From the NCBI GenBank assembly GCA_016930835.1, contig JAFGGA010000160.1, positions 138 through 64,137 on the forward strand: DNA of 64,000 nucleotides, in the 5' to 3' direction. The stretch comes from Deltaproteobacteria bacterium (lineage in GTDB: Bacteria; Desulfobacterota; DSM-4660; Desulfatiglandales; HGW-15). Shown here one piece after another: positions 18,892-29,724 of the stretch. The notes under the pieces are model-generated. The model saw nothing but the letters and a program-made list of their open reading frames with translations. It ran no database searches and was not told the origin of the DNA. Position 1 is the first letter of the stretch. Every line of letters begins with the position of its first letter. The position numbers and the translations under genes were made by a program.

Positions 18892-19881
18892 ATGAGTAAT
18901 GAAATATTCATTGTGACTGGAGGGAAAAGGAATAAGAATCCTTTTTCGATGAAGGTTCTATCCGAATGCTATAAGGCAGGTATTTATGAGATAGATTTTA
19001 GTAAAAAAAAGATTACTCGGCAATATCTAGAAGATAAGCCTGATTATGAAATATATACAAAAAGCTATTCCTTCAGCTTTAGATCGGGAAGTATATGCAA
19101 TGATGACCTTTACACATGTACACATTCTGAAATAATACATTTCAATCTCTCAGGATTTAAGGTGATTGATCGATTTTCTCATCCTCTATTCAATGATCTT
19201 CACCATGTCAATAGGATAAAAGGCAAAATCTTTTTTGCGGATACCGGAATAGATCATGTGGGGGAAATTGAAGCCGATGATAAAGTGGTGATCAAAACGG
19301 TTTCAGACAATCAACTTACTGAAAAGCCCCACCTGGAAATTGATTACAGAAAGATATCTACAAAACCTCATCAAATTCACCCCAACCATGTCTCTTTTAT
19401 CAATGAAAAAATGTGGGTCACAAGATTCAATAAAAAAGACGCGATCTGTTTGGATAATCCATCCAAAAGGATGGACATATCATGCGGAAAACCTCATGAT
19501 GGATTAGTAAAAGACAATAATGTTTATTTCACGACCGTCAATGGAATGATTGTTGTTTTTGATTCTCGCTCTTTGAAATGTTTATCTTGCCATAATATCA
19601 CCTCTCTCTATAGCGGACTTCATCCAGGCTGGTGCAGGGGACTGGAAATAGTCGGGAATTACGCATACATAGGATTTTCAACCTTCCGGTGGACGATGTC
19701 TATTAACAACCTGAAATTTCTTGCAAAAAATGTAATCTCACTTGGCAACAAAATAGATAAAGACCTTCCTGCCCGGATAGTCAAATATGATATGCGGCGA
19801 CAAATAATCGTAGATGAAATGAATTTCGCTGATAGGGAAATTGACCTTATCTTTTCTATACTTAAGTATGAGCATGACTGA
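18892..19881 (+). CDS. Hypothetical protein
   Basis: 329-aa ORF, co-directional in the cluster. I recognise no motif. Confidence 0.5.
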   Translation: MSNEIFIVTGGKRNKNPFSMKVLSECYKAGIYEIDFSKKKITRQYLEDKPDYEIYTKSYSFSFRSGSICNDDLYTCTHSEIIHFNLSGFKVIDRFSHPLFNDLHHVNRIKGKIFFADTGIDHVGEIEADDKVVIKTVSDNQLTEKPHLEIDYRKISTKPHQIHPNHVSFINEKMWVTRFNKKDAICLDNPSKRMDISCGKPHDGLVKDNNVYFTTVNGMIVVFDSRSLKCLSCHNITSLYSGLHPGWCRGLEIVGNYAYIGFSTFRWTMSINNLKFLAKNVISLGNKIDKDLPARIVKYDMRRQIIVDEMNFADREIDLIFSILKYEHD

Positions 19882-19951
19882 TTCTCATAATCGGTCAGTC
19901 ATATAATACACATAACAAACCTTATATACAGATTATCTCGCGGTTGTAAAA

Positions 19952-20836
19952 ATGTCCGCATCCTTCCAAAATTTTAGTGACTTCCTTAATTGGTGGTTCA
20001 AAACGTCGAGACTTAATGGGCTGGCTGAAAAAATATTTAATGAATATTATTCAAGCTACCGGAAAAATAGTTGTGATTATTTGCTTGAAGCTTGGATCGA
20101 TAGACATCTGGAGCTGGAGAATGAATTAGAGACTTTAAGAGACAAGACTGATATTAAGGTTCTGGATATTGGCTGTGGCACCGGTTCTGTTTCTCTTTAT
20201 TCTGCGTATATCCTACAGGGACATGGTCATGTCCTAGGAATAGACATCAATAAGAAACGATTATACTGCGGGATGGAGCGTAAAAAAGTTCTTGAGAGGG
20301 AATTAGGGTACCGGCTTGCATGTCAATTTGTGGAATCTAGTATCATTTCACATCCATTAAAAGAAAAATATGATCTTATATATCTTGAGGAAGCATTTCA
20401 CCATATGGAACCAAGGCTTAAAATCGTTAAAAACATTTCCAACTTATTAAAAAGCAAAGGCATGCTGATTATCAGTGAAGTCAATGCATACAATCCTTTT
20501 ATGCAATTCACGCTTATGAAAAAGAGAGGATTAAAAACCATAGATAAAAGAAATAATGCAAATGGCAAGGCGTATCTTTACGGCGATGAAAGGATTCTCC
20601 CTGCAAGGCAAGTAGCAAGGCTTTTCAGAAAACATCATTTAAAAATAAAATCTCTTAGATATTTTCGAGTGGCTAGTTCTGCTTTGGCTCAAGCTTTCGA
20701 TAAGAAAGGCATTAATCCAATGGCATTCGAGAAAAAGATTCTAAGATCATCCCTGCTATCGCGGCTGATCTCCGTGCACTATAATATCGTCCTGCAAAAA
20801 GGGGGATGTTCTGATGAGCCGGTTCTTAGCGTCTGA
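19952..20836 (+). CDS. Class I SAM-dependent methyltransferase
   Basis: SAM motif I is VLDIGCGTGSVS, with the acidic post-I residue in the GIDIN block and LIISEVNA downstream. Confidence 0.8.
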   Translation: MSASFQNFSDFLNWWFKTSRLNGLAEKIFNEYYSSYRKNSCDYLLEAWIDRHLELENELETLRDKTDIKVLDIGCGTGSVSLYSAYILQGHGHVLGIDINKKRLYCGMERKKVLERELGYRLACQFVESSIISHPLKEKYDLIYLEEAFHHMEPRLKIVKNISNLLKSKGMLIISEVNAYNPFMQFTLMKKRGLKTIDKRNNANGKAYLYGDERILPARQVARLFRKHHLKIKSLRYFRVASSALAQAFDKKGINPMAFEKKILRSSLLSRLISVHYNIVLQKGGCSDEPVLSV

Positions 20837-20862
20837 GTTTTCATTATATAAATCCGCCAAAA

Positions 20863-22038
20863 ATGGATAACAGACCCACCACTGTTTTGCATCTCATCAC
20901 AACACTTGAAATAGGCGGGGCGGAAATGATGCTTTGGAAGCTCCTGTCCTTTATGGACAAAGAGGTTCTTTCAAACCATGTTGTCTGTCTTACGAATATG
21001 GGACCTATTGGAGAGAGGATTGTCTCCCTCGGAATATCTGTTCATTTCTTAAACATGCCTGAAGGGCGAATAACAGTCAAAGGTATGGTGAGGCTATGGC
21101 AATTATTCCGTTCCATACGCCCGGCCGTCCTGCAGACCTGGCTTTATCACGCGGACCTCTTGGGACTTATTTTCGGTAAGCTTGCATCTGTTAATCGTAT
21201 CTATTGGAATATCCGCTGTTCATACATGAAATTGGATAATTATCGTTTTTCAACCCGATTAACGAGGATAATATGCTCCCTTCTTTCACCTCTTCCTGAT
21301 GCTGTTCTTACCAATTCCAAACAAGCCATGATATATCATCGTGCCGTCGGTTATAAGCCTAAGCGGTGGAAAGTCATACCCAACGGATTTGACATAAGCA
21401 GATTCAGGCCGGACGGGAACGCTAAACCGCGTGTTCTAAAAGAACTGAAGTTGCCGGACACCGATTCTAATCCGGACGCGCGGACTGGATATCCCTTGCT
21501 CATCGGTCTCATTGCCCGCTATGATCCCATGAAAGGACATAAAAGCTTTATCAAAGCCGCCTGCCGTCTCCTTCGAGATAGAATGGACGTCCACTTTATC
21601 CTGGCCGGGAAAGGAGTGGAATGGGAGAACCCTGGATTAGTCCATCATATCCCCATGACTCTCCGAAAATACTTTCATCTTTTAGGCCAACGGACCGATA
21701 TCCCAAACATAACGGCTGCACTCGACATTGCTACCTCGGCCTCTTTGGGGGAGGGATTTTCAAATACGATCGGCGAGGCCATGGCTTGTGGGGTTCCTTG
21801 CGTGGTCACAAACGTGGGGGATTCACCCTATATTATCGGTGACACCGGCCTCGTGGTACCCCTGCAAGATCCGGGTGCCATGGCCGAGGCATGGGCTCAA
21901 ATCCTCGCATTGGACGGTAAGGATCGCCTGGAGTTAGGAGTGTCCGCCCGTGAACGAATCGTTTTAAATTTTTCGATTGAACGGATAGCAAAAGAATATG
22001 AGAATATATACGCTGGCTCTCCTGAAAGGATAGGGTAA
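20863..22038 (+). CDS. Glycosyltransferase family 4 (GT-B)
   Basis: N-terminal [17 protein letters not shown] and the C-terminal EX7E-type block [32 protein letters not shown]. Confidence 0.85.
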   Translation: MDNRPTTVLHLITTLEIGGAEMMLWKLLSFMDKEVLSNHVVCLTNMGPIGERIVSLGISVHFLNMPEGRITVKGMVRLWQLFRSIRPAVLQTWLYHADLLGLIFGKLASVNRIYWNIRCSYMKLDNYRFSTRLTRIICSLLSPLPDAVLTNSKQAMIYHRAVGYKPKRWKVIPNGFDISRFRPDGNAKPRVLKELKLPDTDSNPDARTGYPLLIGLIARYDPMKGHKSFIKAACRLLRDRMDVHFILAGKGVEWENPGLVHHIPMTLRKYFHLLGQRTDIPNITAALDIATSASLGEGFSNTIGEAMACGVPCVVTNVGDSPYIIGDTGLVVPLQDPGAMAEAWAQILALDGKDRLELGVSARERIVLNFSIERIAKEYENIYAGSPERIG

Positions 22039-22054
22039 TCGAAGGGCTAATATT

Positions 22055-23185
22055 ATGAAAAAAGCATTGATCTCAGGCATCACGGGTCAGGATGGGGCCT
22101 ATCTGGCGGAATACCTTTTAAGAAAAGGCTATGAAGTTCACGGAATTAAGCGGAGATCATCCTCTTTCAACACGGCCAGGATCGATCATCTATACAAGGA
22201 CCCCCATGAAGATGATGTCCGTTTTTTCATGCATTACGGTGATCTTACGGATGCTACCAATCTGATTCGTATCGTTCAGGAGGTCCAGCCGGATGAGATT
22301 TATAACCTGGCTGCGCAAAGTCATGTGAAGGTCTCATTTGAAACCGCCGAATACACCGCCAATGCGGATGCATTGGGGACCCTTCGCCTCCTGGAGGCGA
22401 TACGAATCTTGAATATGACGGATCAAGTACGCTTTTATCAGGCTTCAACCAGCGAGCTTTTTGGAAAAGCACAAGAAGTTCCTCAAAATGAAAAAACTCC
22501 GTTTTACCCTCGCAGTCCCTATGGGGTCGCTAAATTATACGCTTATTGGATATGCGTGAATTATAGGGAAGCCTATGACATGTTTGCCTGCAACGGCATA
22601 CTCTTTAACCATGAATCGCCCATCCGAGGTGAGACATTCGTTTCACGCAAGATCACCAGGGCCGTAGCCCGTATGAAGCTGGGATTACAAAAGACACTCT
22701 TTTTGGGGAACCTGGATGCCAAACGGGACTGGGGTCATGCCCAAGATTATATCAAGGCGATGTGGAAGATTCTACAACAGGCCGAACCGGATGATTACGT
22801 CATTGCCACAGGAGAGTCTCATTCGGTACGTGAATTTGTGGAATTGGCTTTTCAGGAGATTGGGGTTGGGATTGAATGGAACGGAAACGAGATCAATGAA
22901 TATGGCATTGTCAAGAGTATTGGAAGAAAGGATTCCTACAATGCAGATTATCTCCAGGAAGGAAATGTGGTTGTTAAAATTGATCCAAAATATTTCAGAC
23001 CTACGGAGGTGGATACCCTTCTTGGAGATCCATCCAAGGCCAAAGAAAAACTGGGATGGCAACCCAAGATCTCTTTTCAACAGTTGATATCCCAGATGGT
23101 CAGTGAAGATTTAAAAGAAGCGGAGAAGGATCAGCTATGTCAGGAAAGCGGTTTTAAGATTATGGACCAGAGTAGTTCTGAGTAA
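22055..23185 (+). CDS. gmd: GDP-mannose 4,6-dehydratase
   Basis: Contains [58 protein letters not shown] and [17 protein letters not shown]. Confidence 0.97.
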   Translation: MKKALISGITGQDGAYLAEYLLRKGYEVHGIKRRSSSFNTARIDHLYKDPHEDDVRFFMHYGDLTDATNLIRIVQEVQPDEIYNLAAQSHVKVSFETAEYTANADALGTLRLLEAIRILNMTDQVRFYQASTSELFGKAQEVPQNEKTPFYPRSPYGVAKLYAYWICVNYREAYDMFACNGILFNHESPIRGETFVSRKITRAVARMKLGLQKTLFLGNLDAKRDWGHAQDYIKAMWKILQQAEPDDYVIATGESHSVREFVELAFQEIGVGIEWNGNEINEYGIVKSIGRKDSYNADYLQEGNVVVKIDPKYFRPTEVDTLLGDPSKAKEKLGWQPKISFQQLISQMVSEDLKEAEKDQLCQESGFKIMDQSSSE

Positions 23186-23198
23186 CAAGAAACGAGAA
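23181..23198. repeat. Left arm of an imperfect inverted repeat flanking the four-helix-bundle gene
   Basis: AGTAACAAG-A-AACGAGAA overlaps the gmd stop codon. It is complementary to CTTGTTACT (23654-23662) and TTCTCGTT (23631-23638). More GTAAC/GTGAC/ACGAG words follow up to 23242. Confidence 0.6.
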
Positions 23199-23255
23199 AA
23201 TAGTGACTAGTGACGACTGAATCGTAACGAGTAGCGAGTAACTAATTAGATCACC

Positions 23256-23597
23256 ATGAAACCTCATCATAACCTCAAAGTCTGGCAAAAAAATATTGCA
23301 TATGTTACAAAAATCTATCGTTTAACTGAACAATTCCCTCAAAACGAACTTTATGGTCTTACCAATCAAATGCGGCGATCTGCTATTAGCATCGCATCCA
23401 ATATTGCAGAGGGGGCCGGTAGAAGAGGAAAGAAGGAATTCAAACAATTCTTATCCATTGCACAAGGCTCCGTTGCTGAATTAGAAACTCAGCTTATTAT
23501 CACTGTAAATTTGGGATATACTGCAGATATTGATTATCTTCTTAATGAGCTTGACGAAATTTCAAAAATGATCATTGGTTTATCAAGAAGTCTTTAA
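23256..23597 (+). CDS. Four-helix-bundle protein (23S rRNA intervening-sequence protein / Avd-like family)
   Basis: 113 aa. NLKVWQK at the N-terminus, RRSAISIASNIAEGAGRRGKKEFKQFLSIAQGSVAELETQL, and a size typical of the family. Confidence 0.85.
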   Translation: MKPHHNLKVWQKNIAYVTKIYRLTEQFPQNELYGLTNQMRRSAISIASNIAEGAGRRGKKEFKQFLSIAQGSVAELETQLIITVNLGYTADIDYLLNELDEISKMIIGLSRSL

Positions 23598-23630
23598 CTG
23601 GATATTAAATCGTTTATATTAAGACTGAAA

Positions 23631-23662
23631 TTCTCGTTACTCGTCACTCAATACTTGTTACT
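23631..23662. repeat. Right arm of the inverted repeat flanking the four-helix-bundle gene
   Basis: TTCTCGTTACTCGTCACTCAATACTTGTTACT. Its two ends are complementary to 23191-23198 and 23181-23189 respectively. Confidence 0.6.
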
Positions 23663-23672
23663 GAGGTATTAA

Positions 23673-24635
23673 ATGGATAAAAATGCTCGAATCTATATAG
23701 CCGGTCATAAAGGCCTTGTGGGATCAGCCATCCTCAGAAGACTCCGATCTGAAAGATATTCTCATCTTATCACTCAATCGCACCAAGAACTGGACCTCAT
23801 GAGACAAGACGATGTGGAAGCATTTTTTCAGTCGCAAAGGCCGGAATACGTGTTCTTAGCCGCCGCTAAGGTAGGCGGAATACTAGCTAATAATACCTAT
23901 CCAGCCGAATTCATTTATCACAATATCATGATCCAGACGAACGTCATCCACTCGGCATATCTCGCATCCGTCAAAAAGTTATTATTCCTGGGTAGCTCCT
24001 GTATCTATCCGAAAAGCTGCCCGCAACCCATAAAGGAAGAATACCTACTTTCAGGGAAACTCGAGCCTACCAATGAACCCTATGCCATAGCCAAGATTGC
24101 AGGCATCAAGATGTGTCAAGCATATAACCGTCAATACGGGACCCATTTTATTTCATGTATGCCCACCAATCTTTACGGCCCGGGTGATAATTTCGACCTC
24201 GAAACCAGTCATGTATTGGCTGCCCTCATTCGTAAATTCCATGAGGCAAAACAAAATATTTTATCTTTCGATGATGATTCAGACACACATGTGACGCTAT
24301 GGGGAACAGGAGCCCCAAAACGCGAATTCCTTCATGTGGATGACCTGGCTGATGCGGTCCTCTTCCTGATGAACAATTATGATGGAAACGAAATCATTAA
24401 CGTCGGTGTGGGAAAAGAAATAAGCATAAAGGAACTGGCTGACATGATCGCCGGCATCGTCGGATTTAAAGGAGAAATCCGGTACGATCCATCCAAACCG
24501 GATGGGATGCCTTTAAAGCTGTTGGATATCAGCCGCTTATCCCACATGGGCTGGAAAAACAAGGTCTCCCTCCAGGAAGGGATTGAAAGCACCTATCAGT
24601 GGTATATTCGCAACCAAGCCGGTGGAGTGACATGA
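23673..24635 (+). CDS. fcl: GDP-L-fucose synthase (GDP-4-keto-6-deoxymannose 3,5-epimerase/4-reductase)
   Basis: Contains [36 protein letters not shown] and NLYGPGDNF. Confidence 0.95.
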   Translation: MDKNARIYIAGHKGLVGSAILRRLRSERYSHLITQSHQELDLMRQDDVEAFFQSQRPEYVFLAAAKVGGILANNTYPAEFIYHNIMIQTNVIHSAYLASVKKLLFLGSSCIYPKSCPQPIKEEYLLSGKLEPTNEPYAIAKIAGIKMCQAYNRQYGTHFISCMPTNLYGPGDNFDLETSHVLAALIRKFHEAKQNILSFDDDSDTHVTLWGTGAPKREFLHVDDLADAVLFLMNNYDGNEIINVGVGKEISIKELADMIAGIVGFKGEIRYDPSKPDGMPLKLLDISRLSHMGWKNKVSLQEGIESTYQWYIRNQAGGVT

Positions 24636-25435
24636 GAACAAGCCTCATCATAACCACCTACAATCGTCCTGATGCATTAATAAAGGTATTGGAGTCGGTG
24701 AAAATCCAGACCCGCTTTCCTGATGAACTCATTATCGCGGATGACGGCTCCGGGACGGAAACATCCAAAGCTATTGTTGAAGCATTATCAGGCGCCCCAT
24801 TTCCCTACGAACACGTCTGGCAGGAAGATCTGGGATTCAGGGCGGCCCGTATCCGTAATCAGGCCATCAAAAAATCGACCGGCGATTATATCATACTCCT
24901 GGATGGTGATTGCATCATCCCCAAAAAATTTATAATGGATCATATCCAATTGGCCAATGAGGGGTTTTTTTTTCAAGGAAAAAGAATCGTCATCACTCAA
25001 GCATTTACGCCTTATTTTAATTGTGATCATGCGAACGCGGTTTCTAAATTGATCCCTCTATTTTTTTCAAAAAAAATCTCCAACGCCCATCATCTGATTC
25101 GGATACCGTGGTTCCCGGGCATTACCTCTCGAGATCTGAAGGGCATCAAAACCTGCAATATGGGTTTTTTCAAAAAGGACATGGTCGCCGTTAACGGGTT
25201 TAATGAAGACTTTATTGGTTGGGGCCGTGAGGATTCAGAGCTTGCTATCCGGTTTTTCCATTACGGACTAAAAAGAAAAAGCCACCCTTTTATGGCCGTT
25301 TGTTTTCACTTATGGCATTGCGAACAAAACCGGAATATGCTTCAAGTGAATGACGACCTATTGGAAAGGAGTAAAGCTTCGAATGAATATTTCTGTACCA
25401 ATGGTTTGGAAAAAAGCGAAAAACAGTACTATTGA
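24632..25435 (+). CDS. Glycosyltransferase family 2 (galactosyltransferase-like C-terminal region)
   Basis: Contains [28 protein letters not shown] and [32 protein letters not shown]. The ATG at 24632 overlaps the fcl stop (ATGA); the track start at 24599 is a GTG inside fcl. Confidence 0.85.
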   Translation: MRTSLIITTYNRPDALIKVLESVKIQTRFPDELIIADDGSGTETSKAIVEALSGAPFPYEHVWQEDLGFRAARIRNQAIKKSTGDYIILLDGDCIIPKKFIMDHIQLANEGFFFQGKRIVITQAFTPYFNCDHANAVSKLIPLFFSKKISNAHHLIRIPWFPGITSRDLKGIKTCNMGFFKKDMVAVNGFNEDFIGWGREDSELAIRFFHYGLKRKSHPFMAVCFHLWHCEQNRNMLQVNDDLLERSKASNEYFCTNGLEKSEKQYY

Positions 25436-26615
25436 AGATTTTATCTATGCGGGATTCGTCTGCTCATTGTTTTCGCTGCCGTTCGGGACGTCGCCCCCCA
25501 TTATATTTGCGAGCCTTGCCGTGCTCCTTTGGCTTTTTTCAGGAAAATTTTTTACTCTAAGACATTATTATATAGGGAAGAAATGGTTTTGGCCGATCCT
25601 TGCCCTTATTCTATTGCCGTGGATCGGGCTGACATACTCCTCAGACGTATCCGGATTGGGGATCAAATTCGCAAAAAAAACGCATTATTGGATTTATTGT
25701 TTGAGCCTGGCCTCAGTCTGTTATCAAAGACGATCCTTTCAGTATCTTATTGTTGCTTTTATCGCCGGTCTGACAGTAAATGCGTTTATCGGCCTGTTTC
25801 AATTCATGGGCATCTTGTCTCCGGTTGACGGTTGGTACTTGGGGCTGAGCAGCGGGTACAGCGCTTTATCCGTGTTTCTGGTCATTGGTGTCCTCATGAC
25901 ATCCTTTTATTTTAGAGAAGAAAATAAGTCATTAAACCGATTTGTTTTGGGTCTTTTGATGGGCCTTCTTTTTTTCCATTTAATTATCCTGGAAGGACGC
26001 GCCGCTTATTTGTCTCTTATCCTGCTTTCACCCATGATTATCCGCAATCTTTTTCACGGTATCGGCATGACTAAGGGACTGATAACCATTGTCGTTTTAT
26101 TGGGGCTCATGGCGCTGTCGCCTGTCGTCAGAGATCGTGTCGCCAAATCCATCGAGCAAATTCAATATCACATCAATGCACCGTCCGATTCGGCATGGGG
26201 TAAAAAATATTCTGACCAACAGGATAGGTTTTATATGTGGAACCACGCCGTTAAGATCTTTATTAAAAATCCCTTTCTGGGGATCGGAACGGGTGATTAT
26301 CAGACCGAAATGGTGAAGACAGGTGACCCCGATGCACCCCTTATCGCCCACCCCCATAATAATATCCTTTACATGGCGGTTAGTTTCGGGATCATCGGTA
26401 TTGCAGTTCTTTTCTGGTTTTTCTGGGAGATCACCGCCAATGCATGGAGAGAACGGAATACCGAACTAGGATATTTTTTATTAATCATTTCCCTGGCCAT
26501 TTTTGTGAGTGGCCTTGTGAACACTCAAATCCTGGATGCCAATACGGCCTTCTTTCTGGCGATCGCGGCCGGTCTTCAACAAGGTTTAAAACGATTTTCC
26601 AATGAAACGCCGTGA
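25383..26615 (+). CDS. O-antigen ligase / polymerase family (Wzy_C-type) membrane protein
   Basis: About 10 hydrophobic segments and a periplasmic-loop block, GIGTGDY...AHPHNNILYMAVSFGIIG, typical of WaaL/O-antigen ligase-like proteins. The start is uncertain: candidate ATGs are 25350, 25383 (AAGGAG 11 nt upstream) and 25401. Confidence 0.75.
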   Translation: MNISVPMVWKKAKNSTIEDFIYAGFVCSLFSLPFGTSPPIIFASLAVLLWLFSGKFFTLRHYYIGKKWFWPILALILLPWIGLTYSSDVSGLGIKFAKKTHYWIYCLSLASVCYQRRSFQYLIVAFIAGLTVNAFIGLFQFMGILSPVDGWYLGLSSGYSALSVFLVIGVLMTSFYFREENKSLNRFVLGLLMGLLFFHLIILEGRAAYLSLILLSPMIIRNLFHGIGMTKGLITIVVLLGLMALSPVVRDRVAKSIEQIQYHINAPSDSAWGKKYSDQQDRFYMWNHAVKIFIKNPFLGIGTGDYQTEMVKTGDPDAPLIAHPHNNILYMAVSFGIIGIAVLFWFFWEITANAWRERNTELGYFLLIISLAIFVSGLVNTQILDANTAFFLAIAAGLQQGLKRFSNETP

Positions 26616-27757
26616 GTGTCATATCCCGCCTTCACATAAAATCTCCGGTGAAAAAGATCCTCGTCATCGTCACCCGTCAAATTGGTGATGTCCTCCTAAC
26701 CACACCCTTCTTACGTTCCCTGAAAGGGGCATTTTCTACGGCCAAGATAGACGTACTTCTTTTTAAAGGAACCGAGGGCATTCTTGTCGGCAATCCTGAT
26801 ATCAACACCGTTATTCCGATCGACAAGCATCCCGGAATAAAAGAAGCCCTCCGTCTCATCAAACAAATATTTCGCCACTATGATCTGGCCATCTCCGTAC
26901 TCAGCGGAGATCGGCCCATGATCTACGCCTTCCTTGCCGCTCCTAAGCGAATTTCCATTGTTCCCCCATACCGGCTGCATGATGCATGGAAACGATGGAT
27001 TACCACAAAATGGACTGAATTGGATGATTGGGACACCCATACGGTTATCCAGAATCTCAGGTTATGCGACCTGCTCGGGATCAAACGTGAATATCATCTT
27101 GTTATCCCTGAATCACCGACCGCTCAAGACACGCTGCGCTCTTTACTCCCATTTAGGTGGCCGGATCAACCCTATGCCGTATTCCACATGGTACCCAGAC
27201 GGCGCTATAAATATTGGACTTTGGAGGGATGGGTTCAACTGTCGCGATATCTGGCACCCAAAGGCACTCACGTGGTGATTACGGGCGGTGGAGACGAGGA
27301 AGAGATGGATTATGTCCATTCCGCCATTGCCCATATGCCGGAAAATGTGACCAACCTGGCGGGTAAATTAACATTTGCTGAAGTGGCGACCCTGATCCAA
27401 TCCAGTAAGATCTATGTAGGGCCGGATACTGTAGTAACCCATTTGGCCGCGGCCACAGGGAAACCGACTATCGCCTTGTTCGGCCCCACCAATCCGGTGA
27501 AATGGGCACCCTGGCCCTTTGGCTACCACCTGGAAATCAATCCCTTTTCAAGAAAAGGCACACAAAGGGTGGGCAACGTACTCTTAATACAAGGGCCAGG
27601 GGATTGCGTTCCATGTCATAAAGAGGGTTGTGAGGGACACCGTCAAAGCAAAAGCCGTTGTATGGAAAATTTGAATCCAGAGACCGTTATCCAAGGGATT
27701 GAAAGGATGCTCCATACGCAGTTTCTATTCGGGGTGTCTGGGAAACCGGATTTCTGA
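26612..27757 (+). CDS. Glycosyltransferase family 9 (LPS heptosyltransferase-like)
   Basis: Contains ILVIVTRQIGDVLLTTPFLRSLK, FAEVATLIQSSKIYVGPDTVVTHLAAATGKPTIALFGPTNP and a C-terminal CxxC-containing region. The GTG start overlaps the upstream stop. Confidence 0.85.
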   Translation: MSVISRLHIKSPVKKILVIVTRQIGDVLLTTPFLRSLKGAFSTAKIDVLLFKGTEGILVGNPDINTVIPIDKHPGIKEALRLIKQIFRHYDLAISVLSGDRPMIYAFLAAPKRISIVPPYRLHDAWKRWITTKWTELDDWDTHTVIQNLRLCDLLGIKREYHLVIPESPTAQDTLRSLLPFRWPDQPYAVFHMVPRRRYKYWTLEGWVQLSRYLAPKGTHVVITGGGDEEEMDYVHSAIAHMPENVTNLAGKLTFAEVATLIQSSKIYVGPDTVVTHLAAATGKPTIALFGPTNPVKWAPWPFGYHLEINPFSRKGTQRVGNVLLIQGPGDCVPCHKEGCEGHRQSKSRCMENLNPETVIQGIERMLHTQFLFGVSGKPDF

Positions 27758-27780
27758 TCTGATGTCGCGGAGGATTGGTT

Positions 27781-28545
27781 TCAGGAATCCCGAAGATCCA
27801 ATTCTCTGAGCTTAACATATCGAACAAACATGGAATAAGAAAAAGTGACAGCGATAATGAGGCCCGCAATGCCGTCCAGAAAACCTTTTTTAAGGATATA
27901 GACTTCCAGGAATTTAAAAAGAGGTCTAAAAAGCAGCAGTATCAAATGAAACCGTTTTCCCCGTTCATAAAGATCTTCAGCCTGGAGGGTTGTAAAGTTA
28001 TTCAATGTTTGTAATTGGCCAACGATACTGCCTTTATAAGGATAATGGAGAATATCATTTTTTAACGCCCCCACACTCCCGTTTATCTCCACCCTCTCGT
28101 GCACCCTTCCCCCGACCCAACTACCCTTCCCTCGTTTAACCAGCCTCAATTGTTTATCGGGATAGAAACCGCAATGCCTGATCCATCGGTCTTGATAAAA
28201 AGAAAGGCGCGGGATCCGGTATCCATCCGCCGGACCGGACCATTCAATAATATGTAAGATTTCTTCCCGGAGCCCCGCGGAGATCATTTCATCGGCATCC
28301 AAGCTGAGTATCCAGTCCCCACCGGCCTTTGAAAAGGCGTAATTTTTTTGATCCACATACCCTGTCCAAGGCCTCCGGAACAATTTTGTGTCATATTGTT
28401 TTATGATTTCAATCGTCCTATCCGTGCTTCCTGAATCCACCACGATGATTTCATCGGCCCAGGATGCGCTTTCTAGGCAATTCTGGATGTTGCGTTCTTC
28501 ATTAAAACAAATTATACATATAGAAATTTTGATCGATTCTGGCAT
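27781..28545 (-). CDS. Glycosyltransferase family 2 (LPS core-type)
   Basis: Contains ISICIICFNEERNI, IIVVDSGSTDRT and LSLDADE. It is the only minus-strand gene in the glycan region. Confidence 0.85.
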   Translation of the reverse strand: MPESIKISICIICFNEERNIQNCLESASWADEIIVVDSGSTDRTIEIIKQYDTKLFRRPWTGYVDQKNYAFSKAGGDWILSLDADEMISAGLREEILHIIEWSGPADGYRIPRLSFYQDRWIRHCGFYPDKQLRLVKRGKGSWVGGRVHERVEINGSVGALKNDILHYPYKGSIVGQLQTLNNFTTLQAEDLYERGKRFHLILLLFRPLFKFLEVYILKKGFLDGIAGLIIAVTFSYSMFVRYVKLRELDLRDS

Positions 28546-28641
28546 AGAGGGTTTGACTTTTTAGATTTTTTTATAGCGTCAACCTTATGGAAACCTTGAA
28601 TGCTTGTCAATTTTAAAACGGTCTATTGATCTCGCTGAAAA

Positions 28642-29718
28642 ATGAAGGTTATTCAAAAATATTTTTTAAAGGAATATCTAAAGCTCTTTTGCTTATGCCT
28701 GTTTATTTTTTTGTCCATCTACTTGATTATCGACTTTCTCCAAAAAATCGACAATTTTGTTGAATCGGAAGTGCCCATGAGCACTATAATCACGTATTTC
28801 CTGCTCAAAATCCCCCATGTAACCATTCAAATGATCCCGGTCGGATCTTTGATATCCGTTATCATTATGTTCAGCCTGCTGCAAAGGAAAAATGAAATAA
28901 CGGCCTTTAAAACTTGTGGCCTGGATATATTCAGGCTTTCGGGGATTATGGTTTTCATTACCTTGGGCATAGGGTTTGTCGCATTTTTATTCCAAGAGAT
29001 AGTCGTTCCTTATGCCAGTTCCAGAAGTAATGAGATATGGAACCTGGAGGTTGAAAAATCTGATCCGGGACATTTTTACGGCGGCGACGAAATATGGTAC
29101 AAATCCGATAATGCCATATATTGGATCAGGCATTTCGATGGAACGAGAAATATCCTGGAAAATCCCACATTCTTTTTTTTTGATAAGGACTTTCAATTGA
29201 TCAAACGTGTCGATGCGAAAAAGGGGGTTTGGCAGAACAATACATGGAAGATGATAGATGGTATTATCCAGGAAAGAGAGAATGACAAGGATTATGGACT
29301 CTCAAAATTTGATGAATGGATAATCAAAATCCCCGAAACACCGGATACATTTAAAAAAGGGATAAAAAAGCCCGAGGATATGAGCTATCAACAATTAAGA
29401 TCGTATTCGGAAACGGTCTTTCGTGAAGGATATGATAATACCAAATATATAGTGGATATGAATATGAAACTTGCACATCCACTCATTAGTGTAATTTTGA
29501 CTTTTATTGGGATTCCCATCGCCCTGAACCTGAAAAAGGGTGGAACACCTTTGGCGGTCTCCATCGGGGTGGGTATCTGTTTTATCTTCATTGTCACCAT
29601 GGGCATCTCTAGATCATTCGGCTTGGCGGGGATCCTTCCCCCCATTGTAGCGGCGTGGGTGGCAAACCTGATCTTCTTCTTACTCGGTATTTTCCTTATG
29701 TTGCGCATTGAGAGGTAG
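28642..29718 (+). CDS. LptF/LptG-family LPS export permease
   Basis: 358 aa with the YjgP/YjgQ layout: three N-terminal TM segments, a ~150-aa periplasmic beta-jellyroll-like insert, and three C-terminal TM segments. The N-terminus is KYFLKEYLKLF. Confidence 0.85.
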   Translation: MKVIQKYFLKEYLKLFCLCLFIFLSIYLIIDFLQKIDNFVESEVPMSTIITYFLLKIPHVTIQMIPVGSLISVIIMFSLLQRKNEITAFKTCGLDIFRLSGIMVFITLGIGFVAFLFQEIVVPYASSRSNEIWNLEVEKSDPGHFYGGDEIWYKSDNAIYWIRHFDGTRNILENPTFFFFDKDFQLIKRVDAKKGVWQNNTWKMIDGIIQERENDKDYGLSKFDEWIIKIPETPDTFKKGIKKPEDMSYQQLRSYSETVFREGYDNTKYIVDMNMKLAHPLISVILTFIGIPIALNLKKGGTPLAVSIGVGICFIFIVTMGISRSFGLAGILPPIVAAWVANLIFFLLGIFLMLRIER

Positions 29719-29724
29719 GTTCCC

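Noticed and set aside
23256-23597. The four-helix-bundle (Avd-like) gene considered as part of a diversity-generating retroelement.
   Set aside because: There is no reverse transcriptase gene and no template/variable repeat pair anywhere nearby. The neighbours are gmd and fcl.
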